23,027 nucleotides of DNA, from assembly GCA_003345595.1 (NCBI GenBank), contig PRDI01000023.1, positions 1 to 23,027 on the forward strand. The letters are read 5' to 3'. Source of the stretch: Candidatus Thorarchaeota archaeon (lineage in GTDB: Archaea > Asgardarchaeota > Thorarchaeia > Thorarchaeales > Thorarchaeaceae). The notes under the pieces were generated by a model. The model was not told where the DNA came from, did not search any database, and worked only from the letters and a program-made list of their open reading frames with translations. Positions 1 to 8,027 of this stretch are shown piece after piece. Position numbers and translations under genes: made by a program. How positions within the stretch are numbered: the stretch's first letter is position 1; every line of letters starts with the position of its first letter.

Positions 1-1048
1 TAGCGCCGAAGCTTCCCACTGTGTCCGTGAAGAGTGCGCTGGAGAGCACCCAGTTGAATGCCTGCCAGCCAGACGCGCCTCTGGTTTTCAGTGCACCAAT
101 GTCACGTCTTCTCTCGTCTGCGAGCAAGGTGGAGTCATACTGGACCAGCATGACGCCCATAATGATAGTCGGAACTGAAACAGCAAGTGCGACTGCTCTC
201 GTGCTCGATGACCACGCAGCATATTCGAGCACAGCGTCGCGCAATCCGTAGCCATCATATGTGACCCAAGCATAAGGGAGAGTGCGTTGCTCTATCCTTT
301 TTCTGACGTTATCCAGTTCCTCTGCGGCACTCACAGGGTCCATGCTCAAAACGATATCGTGGTTCATTCGGACCCATATCTGTCGGCCATAGTCATAGTA
401 GGTACGTGCGCTCCCGAAGGCTTCCTCGAGACCTTGTTTTGTTGTGATCAGTTTCAAGGTGGTTGTCGGGGGTTCTTGCCAGTAGTAGTCTACCATGAAG
501 ACGTGGGATTCGAATGCGCCCACTACTATCATTGTATGATTGAGCTCTGTGACGTTGCCGTACTCATCGTATATGTGGTCGTGAATGGTATACTCGTTTC
601 CGACGCTCAGGCCCAGTCGGGACAGTGCGGCCACTTCCATGTAACATGTGCTATCGTTTAGGGGAGGGCTGCCCGGTGCGACATCGACTGCATTCTCGAA
701 AGAGTCAAAGAAAGTATCGTCGACACCCGCGTATGTGCTCTGATAATACTCGTAATCACCCTCCCACCGGCTCATCACGAAAAGCTGTTCAGTTCCAACG
801 ACACCGTCCTGTCCCATAACCATGTCTGAGATGTCTTCTACAGTCGTTGTGTTCTGTTGATAGAAGTAATATGTGATTTCCATCTCCATGTCAACTGGGG
901 TTTCTTGTATAGTGTCGCGAAAGACTTGGGGCCCGGTCCAGTCTGTGTAGAACAGGACACCCCCAACCACGCCAGATGACAGGGCAAAAACAAGGAAACT
1001 GAACAAGACCTGTGGAGTCCGTGACATTAGGCGCGAGAAGAGGAACAC
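1..1048 (-). CDS. FtsX/MacB-family ABC transporter permease (3' end truncated by the window edge)
   Basis: Not in the ORF track. Manual translation from GTG at 1048, which abuts the upstream TGA and follows GGGGGTGA, stays open for 349 codons to the window edge. It reads MFLFSRLMSRTPQVLFSFLVFALSSGVVGGVLFY (TM), then an extracytoplasmic domain, a TM segment and the FtsX-type motif ERRRDIGALKTRGAS. Confidence 0.88.
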   Translation of the reverse strand, partial: MFLFSRLMSRTPQVLFSFLVFALSSGVVGGVLFYTDWTGPQVFRDTIQETPVDMEMEITYYFYQQNTTTVEDISDMVMGQDGVVGTEQLFVMSRWEGDYEYYQSTYAGVDDTFFDSFENAVDVAPGSPPLNDSTCYMEVAALSRLGLSVGNEYTIHDHIYDEYGNVTELNHTMIVVGAFESHVFMVDYYWQEPPTTTLKLITTKQGLEEAFGSARTYYDYGRQIWVRMNHDIVLSMDPVSAAEELDNVRKRIEQRTLPYAWVTYDGYGLRDAVLEYAAWSSSTRAVALAVSVPTIIMGVMLVQYDSTLLADERRRDIGALKTRGASGWQAFNWVLSSALFTDTVGSFGA

Positions 1049-3835
1049 TCACAGTTCACCCCCATATGGGCCCGCCTCTGCCCAAGCAGCATTCAGCGCG
1101 GAGGCCATGTTCACTCTCGAACTCAGCAACGCCGTCAAGAGCGCGAAGACAGTGATTGAACCTAGGAATACAAGAAAGATAACGATCATTTGTAGCCAAG
1201 GAAGAACTATGGTGACACCTGCTGGGAAAAGATAGTAGCTAGTATGGTAGCCCACTAGGAGGTTCGTGATGAGTACCGGTGCAAAGAGTGTCAGAGTAAC
1301 TATGCTTGAGAGAGCCAGCACGATCATCTCAGCTCCCTGTGTCTTGACAATCAATCGCCTATCGGATCCCATGGCTCTCATCAACGCGACTTCGCGGCGG
1401 CGAGCTTGGATATCCTCGCTGGCATAGAGCAAGAAGCCGCCAGAAATGGTGGCAATCAACATTGCTGCCAGCATCGTGTCGACAGAACGGTCCATTCTAT
1501 AAGACGTCTGTTGAAGGTAGGCACTGACCTCTTTGGTCACAGATGCCCATTCGTTTCCCGTGATTACATCGATTCCACCACTGTCTAGAAGGCTTTGCCC
1601 AACCGCAGTTGAATTAGCGCCTTCCGTCGTCCTGACACAGTACAGGTTCTCTGCCCCGTGTGTCAGGTTCAGTTGGCTTTCAACAAAGGCTGCGTTCACC
1701 CAGATAGTATTCTTGCCCACTTCCATGGATCCCCAGTAGTATCCGTCAAGGAAGTATATCGGCCCATAGTAGGGTGTTTCATATCCTGTGTCTAGGAGCA
1801 ACCCGTTGGAGAGCGCCTCGGCTATCGCCACTACCGTGAGAGTGATAATCGTGGCTTCTCCGGTAGATTCGTCGAAGGCTCGAATCGTATCGCCCTCCTC
1901 CAATTCATAATCGGTTGCGATGTCAGCACTGACAATAGCTCCTGATAGGACGGAGTCCAATGTGAGTAGAGGCCCTCTTAGCGGCGAAGAGTTGAGGGGG
2001 CTGCCTTGATAATCATAGCCCACAGCCATGTACTCGACTGGATTCATGGCCACTAGACTCACTCCCTGATAGTCCATTGATGACATGGCTAGTGTGGCTG
2101 AAACTACGGACAGCTTCGTGCATGCCTCCACCTGAGGATGCAGAGTCACATTCGTAAAGAACTGATCCCATCGATCGCGTTCATAATTATCAAGATGGAA
2201 AGTGATTTCGGCGCCGAAGGCTAGTCTCGCTTGGTTCATCTTGGTCACAGGCATTGACGCACCGACGGCCGCAGAACCCCAGGCAAGCGAAATGGCTAGA
2301 ACCAAGACCACCGCGACAGGTGCCGCAGAGGATGCAGACTTCCCGATTCTCCTGACTCCCACCATTGACGGCACATATCCTGTTAATGAGGACATTGCAT
2401 GTGATAGCCTGTTTGCCCCACGTCTGAAGCCCTTCATGACAAGACTTGCCGCCCCGAGAAAGAGGGCATATGGGGCAAATCCGGATATGGCGTATAGAAC
2501 AGGATTAGTTTGAATCACGAAACCTGAAGAGTACATGGCCACCATCAACAATGATGCCAGGATCACTATGAGGAAGTCCCATCGTATGAAACGAAAGAGT
2601 GTCCAGACCCTTGCCAGTCTGCTGGTTTCTAGCTCAACGCTCTTCTTGGCTGAGTAAAGCATCTTGTATGCAAAGAAGACAATGGGCGGGATGAGTCCTC
2701 CAGCTAGGACCGAGAAGAATATTGACTCTATTGAAACCAAGAATGGTTCTTCCCAGATGAGAGAGAGGTTGAATTCGAAGAATCCCGTGGCTGCACAAGC
2801 AAATCTGCTTATCAGCAAGCCGATGCCCATTCCAACGAGGGTGCCCACAATAGTCATGCCAATCAGCTCCCGGAAGGCTATGTGTTGGATATCAGAAGAA
2901 GAGGCTCCTCTTGAAACAAGCATTTCGGACTCGTATCTTCGGTCATTGACATTGAACCTGATTGCCAAGAAGCACACGAGGCCTATGAGTAGCCCGACTC
3001 CTCCGCTTCTAGACACTTGGTTCAAACGAGCAGACATTTTCCACCACACATAGGAGTTGACGGCTTCTCCAAGTAGGTCGTACACGTAGTATGAGGAGCC
3101 GTACGGCAATCCGTAAAGCGGGTCTAGGCGCCGAATGCTTTCTTCAATACCTTGGAGAAAGCTAAGCGATGAGAACGTGTCATACGCGTTAACGTGGCTC
3201 CGGTCGACGTCCAGAATGGTCATTACTCGAAGGCTTGTCGAGTCAAGCAGGCTAGGCACAACTACTGCAATGTAGTAAGAGTAGTAGTAATAGTTGCCTC
3301 TACTCCACACGTCGGGATTCCCATATACGCCCACGAGCTGCAGAAGAGAGAATTGGATTTCATCTCCCCAGTACGTGTAGTTCACGATGTCCCCTGTCTG
3401 TGCACCAATCTCCTTTGCGACGCTAGTCTGAAGAGCTATCTCTGAGTCACTGACTGGAAACCTTCCCTCGTTGAGGACAAAGGCATCAGGAAACTCAGTG
3501 AATACATTTGCGTCTAAACTGACGACAGAGCCACCCCACTGGTAGTAGGAGGTTTTATTGGCTAGACTGACGTAGCCGGAAGATACGTCAATGGTAGCCA
3601 CCTTTTCAACGCCTTCGATGTTGGCGACCCGGTCCGCGATTTCCGTTTTGCCGGATTCCACAGTCATCGCAATCGGTCCGATGTCGATGACCGCATCCCA
3701 TTCGTGGATCGAGAACGAATCGACGTACGTGGTCACGCCCATGACCATTGCTGACGCAAGCACAAAGCAAAGCAGCGTTGCGGATTTCCTTCTGAGCCCA
3801 CCTGACAGTTCATAGCCTACCGGGAAGGCAGACAC
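1049..3835 (-). CDS. FtsX/MacB-family ABC transporter permease, duplicated two-module form (928 aa)
   Basis: N-terminal TM, two large extracytoplasmic domains, and two FtsX motifs (DRRYESEMLVSRGAS, ARRREVALMRAMGS), each followed by TM helices. Lies directly downstream of an ABC ATPase. Confidence 0.9.
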   Translation of the reverse strand: MSAFPVGYELSGGLRRKSATLLCFVLASAMVMGVTTYVDSFSIHEWDAVIDIGPIAMTVESGKTEIADRVANIEGVEKVATIDVSSGYVSLANKTSYYQWGGSVVSLDANVFTEFPDAFVLNEGRFPVSDSEIALQTSVAKEIGAQTGDIVNYTYWGDEIQFSLLQLVGVYGNPDVWSRGNYYYYSYYIAVVVPSLLDSTSLRVMTILDVDRSHVNAYDTFSSLSFLQGIEESIRRLDPLYGLPYGSSYYVYDLLGEAVNSYVWWKMSARLNQVSRSGGVGLLIGLVCFLAIRFNVNDRRYESEMLVSRGASSSDIQHIAFRELIGMTIVGTLVGMGIGLLISRFACAATGFFEFNLSLIWEEPFLVSIESIFFSVLAGGLIPPIVFFAYKMLYSAKKSVELETSRLARVWTLFRFIRWDFLIVILASLLMVAMYSSGFVIQTNPVLYAISGFAPYALFLGAASLVMKGFRRGANRLSHAMSSLTGYVPSMVGVRRIGKSASSAAPVAVVLVLAISLAWGSAAVGASMPVTKMNQARLAFGAEITFHLDNYERDRWDQFFTNVTLHPQVEACTKLSVVSATLAMSSMDYQGVSLVAMNPVEYMAVGYDYQGSPLNSSPLRGPLLTLDSVLSGAIVSADIATDYELEEGDTIRAFDESTGEATIITLTVVAIAEALSNGLLLDTGYETPYYGPIYFLDGYYWGSMEVGKNTIWVNAAFVESQLNLTHGAENLYCVRTTEGANSTAVGQSLLDSGGIDVITGNEWASVTKEVSAYLQQTSYRMDRSVDTMLAAMLIATISGGFLLYASEDIQARRREVALMRAMGSDRRLIVKTQGAEMIVLALSSIVTLTLFAPVLITNLLVGYHTSYYLFPAGVTIVLPWLQMIVIFLVFLGSITVFALLTALLSSRVNMASALNAAWAEAGPYGGEL

Positions 3836-3849
3836 CTCATTACCCCCTC

Positions 3850-4551
3850 TTACGTACTCCCTACTATGCGTCCATCCCTCATGGTATACACTTTGTCCAT
3901 CTGTTTGCCAACGTCTGGGTCGTGAGTCACAACGATCAGAGTTCCGCCTTCTCCTTTTGTAAGGCCGATCAGAACCCTCATCACGTCAATGCCCGTCTGC
4001 GTGTCTAGGTCACCTGTGGGCTCGTCTGCGAGGACCACGACAGAGCTCGTACTGCCCTTGGGCTTTGCAAGCGCACGTGCTATGGCCACTCGTTGTTGTT
4101 CGCCACCGGAAAGCTCGTCCGGCCTGTGCTCGGCTCTCTCAGCAAGGCCCACAAGACTCAGCAAATGATCAACCTTTTCCTTCCTCTCTGCTTCTGGAAC
4201 CCCGCTAATCAAGAGTGGCAGTTCGACGTTCTCGTATGCACTGAGGACGGGAAGCAGGTTGAAGAATTGAAACACGAAGCTGATCTTCTTCCTTCTGATG
4301 AGAGTCAGCTCACTCTCTGTCATGCCGGTGATGTCTATGCCATCGATGTAGACATGACCCTCGGACGGACGGTCTAGGGCCCCTATGAGATTGAGGAGGG
4401 TTGTCTTCCCACTGCCAGAAGGCCCCATTATTCCGATTGCTTCACCCCTCTCGACCTGAAGCGAAACCCCTCTGAGGGCTGGGACCTTAATCTCACCCAT
4501 TGAATAGACCTTTGACACTGACTCTAGGTTGACGATGATATCGTTGCTCAT
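3850..4551 (-). CDS. ABC transporter ATP-binding protein, LolD/FtsE/MacB-type
   Basis: Walker [10 protein letters not shown]-loop FVFQFFNL, signature [15 protein letters not shown], Walker [13 protein letters not shown]-loop VTHD. Likely start is ATG 4551 after GGGGGA; the track starts it at 4572. Confidence 0.95.
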   Translation of the reverse strand: MSNDIIVNLESVSKVYSMGEIKVPALRGVSLQVERGEAIGIMGPSGSGKTTLLNLIGALDRPSEGHVYIDGIDITGMTESELTLIRRKKISFVFQFFNLLPVLSAYENVELPLLISGVPEAERKEKVDHLLSLVGLAERAEHRPDELSGGEQQRVAIARALAKPKGSTSSVVVLADEPTGDLDTQTGIDVMRVLIGLTKGEGGTLIVVTHDPDVGKQMDKVYTMRDGRIVGST

Positions 4552-4744
4552 CTTGTCCCCCACACTGAGCATATGACTGAGGTGTTTTCTCTCTTGGATT
4601 CATGTGCTAATAAGGAACATCATAGAAGAAGGCTCGTAGTCGTCAGAGTAACAGAAGCACTAGATTCCGGATGGTGAAACGAGAATCTTTATCTCTTCGA
4701 GATACATTCTCTGGTCATAGAATATATCGAGAGACTGAAGACGA

Positions 4745-5386
4745 ATGGCAGAGGACACACTGGAGATGCGCTATGAGTTCTTCAGCTGGAGAGGGTTTGC
4801 AGCAGGGGCCGCAATCATAGCCGCTTCTCTGTTCCTCCAGTCCATAATCGGGTTCCCTAGCGTATGGGAGAGCTCAGCCGTAGCCTATTTGATCCTGATG
4901 CTCCTTTCCGGTTTGGTCGTCGGCACCGCATCTGGCGGCGTCCTTGTGTATTTGATACCTCCCGACCAAGATGTGATTGGGCTATCGGGACTCGGCAGCG
5001 ATGATGCGACCCAGCATGTGGCTCTGCTTCTTGTCCTGCTCGCACTCGTGCAACCCGTGATTTCGGCATACTTGGTCTTTCCCCAGTTTTTTGGCGTGGA
5101 CCCACTTGCTGCGGTCTGGGTTCTTGTCGCATTCGCAGCGCCAAGCATCGGATTCGCTGCTGCGATGCTGGACAGGCAGAAAGCCATAGCCGCAGACTTA
5201 AGCATGTATTTCTCTTACAATGACCGGCTAGACATGGTCACGCTTCAGTGGCTGCATGGCCTTGGTCCCCGTACTGCGACATACAGGATGGGAATGCTAG
5301 AGAAAGCGGCATCAAGAGTGAAAGGGGTTCGCGTCAAAGGCCATGAGATTGTTCGGGAAGGTGGAACCCTTCCAACAAACCACTGA
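4745..5386 (+). CDS. Hypothetical membrane protein (about 4 TM plus a soluble C-terminal domain)
   Basis: 213-aa ORF with four hydrophobic stretches. TATA-like TTTATC near 4688. No recognised family motif. Confidence 0.75.
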   Translation: MAEDTLEMRYEFFSWRGFAAGAAIIAASLFLQSIIGFPSVWESSAVAYLILMLLSGLVVGTASGGVLVYLIPPDQDVIGLSGLGSDDATQHVALLLVLLALVQPVISAYLVFPQFFGVDPLAAVWVLVAFAAPSIGFAAAMLDRQKAIAADLSMYFSYNDRLDMVTLQWLHGLGPRTATYRMGMLEKAASRVKGVRVKGHEIVREGGTLPTNH

Positions 5387-5403
5387 CCTGCAGAATCTCT
5401 TCA

Positions 5404-5724
5404 CTAAGCCTTGTGACGGTTTGCCACGTGCGCAGCTAGGCCCTCTTCGGTCCATGCTACCCACGGACACTTGAGACATGTCAGCTTCTTACTGCCCACC
5501 CCGAATCGGGGAGGCGGTCTCTCTTCGAGTTCGTAGATAGTACCGCCGTAACCACTGCTCCTCCGCGTCGTGACCTTGAATCGCTTCTTGAAACACTCTT
5601 CGCAGATGGTAAGCCTCTTCATTTCCTCATTAGCGAAGCTATCCTCGAGAGTCTTGACTGGCTTCAAGGGCTGCAATTCCAGTCCACAACTCTCGCAGAA
5701 GTTCGGCGTGGGAATCACCATCAT
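5404..5724 (-). CDS. Small zinc-binding protein (CxxC-x27-CxxC plus a C-terminal C2H2 finger)
   Basis: CESC...CEEC and CLKC-x12-H-x4-H. Likely start is ATG 5724 or 5721; the track start at 5829 overlaps the GTPase gene. Confidence 0.8.
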   Translation of the reverse strand: MMVIPTPNFCESCGLELQPLKPVKTLEDSFANEEMKRLTICEECFKKRFKVTTRRSSGYGGTIYELEERPPPRFGVGSKKLTCLKCPWVAWTEEGLAAHVANRHKA

Positions 5725-5815
5725 CTTAGTGGAGGACCAATCAGACCTGCCACATCTGCCATGAATGACCGACGAGTATTTGTCTTTTCCCCATCTCGAA
5801 GCAGTATGCGGTCGA

Positions 5816-7144
5816 TTATCGACCGGCAACTTTGATATAAAGCTCCGCTGCGGTCCTGAACACGTCGTCTACACCCTGTCCTGTCAAACAGGATGTCTCG
5901 ATGAAGGCAACTGGGTGTAGCTTCTCGGCTGACCCAAGCCTGACTGCAATGTCTTCAGCTAGTTTCAAGCCTTCTTCTTGAGAAACTGGAGGCTCTCGGC
6001 TGGTCAACAATGCTCCTGCCCGAAGGTCCGTCTTGTTCCCTACAATGACCATTGGTGGACGTTGTCCTGAAACTGCCATGCTCTCTTTGAGCCAGAACTC
6101 GACGCTATCGAAGCTCCATCGGTCCGAAGTGCTGTAGACAATGATGACAACACCTGTTGAGTCATAGAAGGACTTGCGTGTGATCTTGCAGTTGACGGCA
6201 GTGTCAAACGACCAAACTTGAAGCCTGACTCTGTGTGCATCAAGTTCGATTGTTCTTTCAGAAATGTAGGGCTTCTTGTCAGCTTCGTTCTCCGGTTCAT
6301 CCATCGGCTTGAGTCCCGCTCTCTGCATCAGTGATGACTTGCCCACTCCTTCTTCGCCAAGTATCAGTGCCTTCGCAGTTACGATCGGCTTTATGATTCT
6401 TGAGGGCGCCGGACCTGGCCTCCGCGGCTGTACGATGGTCGCCGCACCTTCGCCCGAAGCTCGAGTCGAGGCGGCAGCCTCGGGTGGTGTGACTCTGCCT
6501 GCTGTCTGCGTAGCCGCAGGACTGCCTGCCGCAACGCCCGGCACAGATTGGGATTGCGGAGTCGCCTTTGCCGATTCAAGCCGCTTTTCTTCCGCTGCAA
6601 TGGGTCCCGGAGTTCGTGTCTTGGGAGTCCCAAGTATCTCTTCAGTGCCAGATACCTCGATCTTGATTCCCGGCTTTTCCGTCGTAGAGGCCAGAGCCGA
6701 CTTGGGAGCAAGGAATGAGTCACTGAGAGACTCGACAGCACTCAGTGCCTCCTCAATATCCTTGAACTCAGTTCCTGAAACCACGCCAGCTGGGGCTGGT
6801 ACCGCTTTTCCGCTCGCCTCAACCGCATTGGCTTTGGGTATAGCGGCAGCTACAGTTGTGCCTTCAGGAGGTTTGGAAGCTATCTGTTCTTTGGGCTTCG
6901 GTTTCTCTATACTCTCTCTGGCAACTGGTGTGGGAACAAGAGTAGCAGAAAGATCGCTTGCATCTGCTATTATCATTTTTACCTGGGGTAAACCTATCTT
7001 CTCGAGCGTTCCCTTCAGCACACCGGGCGGCAGCAGCTTCCCCTCTGTTACGAAGTACGTTTCAACGTCAGCTAGGACCTCGTTGAATGACCTGTTGTTG
7101 GTCCTTATCTTCTTCTTGAGGACGCCCTTGTCTCTTACCTCCAA
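5816..7144 (-). CDS. Rab/Ras-superfamily small GTPase domain protein with an N-terminal domain and long Pro/Ala-rich linker
   Basis: C-terminal domain (5816-6373) has G1 GEEGVGKS, G4 VGNKTD, G5 ETSCL and Rab-like elements (LQVW, SFY..GVVIIVYSTSDRWSF). G2 and G3 are degenerate. The frame is open upstream to 7285, so the start may be further upstream. Confidence 0.88.
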   Translation of the reverse strand: MEVRDKGVLKKKIRTNNRSFNEVLADVETYFVTEGKLLPPGVLKGTLEKIGLPQVKMIIADASDLSATLVPTPVARESIEKPKPKEQIASKPPEGTTVAAAIPKANAVEASGKAVPAPAGVVSGTEFKDIEEALSAVESLSDSFLAPKSALASTTEKPGIKIEVSGTEEILGTPKTRTPGPIAAEEKRLESAKATPQSQSVPGVAAGSPAATQTAGRVTPPEAAASTRASGEGAATIVQPRRPGPAPSRIIKPIVTAKALILGEEGVGKSSLMQRAGLKPMDEPENEADKKPYISERTIELDAHRVRLQVWSFDTAVNCKITRKSFYDSTGVVIIVYSTSDRWSFDSVEFWLKESMAVSGQRPPMVIVGNKTDLRAGALLTSREPPVSQEEGLKLAEDIAVRLGSAEKLHPVAFIETSCLTGQGVDDVFRTAAELYIKVAGR

Positions 7145-7404
7145 ATAGCCGGGAAGTAAGGCTACTGCGACAGTCGTCCCAGGTACTATCAGACTCGCTG
7201 CATCTCCGTGAAGCTTCTCAGGCGATATAGTCGGCTCTGTTGTGATAACTGTTTCGCTGACCTGCTGTTTGTGAACGAATACCAGTCACGTAGAATGTCT
7301 TCGACTGCCGACGAAAGCACTTGTCATCAGAAGCGCAATGTACATTTACCTGTTGAACAAGACTGTTACCCCTCCTGTCACCGAAAGAGTGCGAGGTTCA
7401 GAGA

Positions 7405-7965
7405 TTGACCGATGTTGACTTTCGAGAATATGTGGACATAATCCAAGACTGGCCTTCCCCAGGCAAGGCTGTCTGCGACATCAGTAGGCTGTTGGAGGAC
7501 CCGGCAATATTCCATGAGGCGGTCCAAGCACTTGCCAAGCCTATCGTCGAACTCAAACCAAACAAGGTGATAGGCATCGAACAGAGAGGACTGGCCTTGG
7601 GCAGCGCAATTGCGTTCTACCTAGGATGTGGAATCGTCCCTGCCCGCTCAATCGCATACCTTCCTGAGGACTATAGCAGGCCTGTTGAGTTCCTTCCATC
7701 CAGCAGGTTTGCCGATAGACGGCTTGCACTCGTTTCCGAGTCTATTGACCAAGGTGATCGGGTAGCTATAGTCGACGACTGGCTGATACAGGGGACCACC
7801 GTGCTAGCTGTGGCCAAAGTGGTCGAGAAGTTGGGTGCACAGGTAGTTGGCGTCGCATGCGTGATAAACAACATGAGTGAAACACGTCGCAGGATCTTGG
7901 GCCGGCCTGAGATACATAGTCTGATTCGAAACCTGCGAACTGATGTGCTCAACCCTGTCGACTAG
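7405..7965 (+). CDS. apt: Adenine phosphoribosyltransferase-like type I PRTase (divergent)
   Basis: APRT N-terminus (IQDWPSPG..CDISRLL.DP), GIEQRG and PRPP-loop VAIVDDWLIQGTT. TTG start after GAGGT. Confidence 0.72.
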   Translation: MTDVDFREYVDIIQDWPSPGKAVCDISRLLEDPAIFHEAVQALAKPIVELKPNKVIGIEQRGLALGSAIAFYLGCGIVPARSIAYLPEDYSRPVEFLPSSRFADRRLALVSESIDQGDRVAIVDDWLIQGTTVLAVAKVVEKLGAQVVGVACVINNMSETRRRILGRPEIHSLIRNLRTDVLNPVD

Positions 7966-7972
7966 TCGGGCG

Positions 7973-8024
7973 AAAAAGAGAGAAAGGGGCTGAGGTCAAT
8001 ATGACCCCAGCGCAGCCCATTTTT
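7973..8024. terminator. Bidirectional hairpin/oligo-T terminator between the convergent apt-like and fadD-like genes
   Basis: Stem GCTGAGGTCA-ATA-TGACCCCAGC (7989-8011; 10 bp with one G-U on the minus strand). Followed by TTTTT on + (8020-8024) and by TTTCTCTCTTTTT on -. Confidence 0.6.
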
Positions 8025-8027
8025 CTA

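Noticed and set aside
6276-7148. 290-aa plus-strand ORF
   Set aside because: Antisense shadow of the low-complexity linker of the GTPase gene; no motifs.
7286-7327. Selenocysteine or readthrough at the in-frame TGA (7286-7288) between ATG 7327 and the GTPase frame
   Set aside because: No redox-motif context and no SECIS identified; a CTG or TTG start is simpler.
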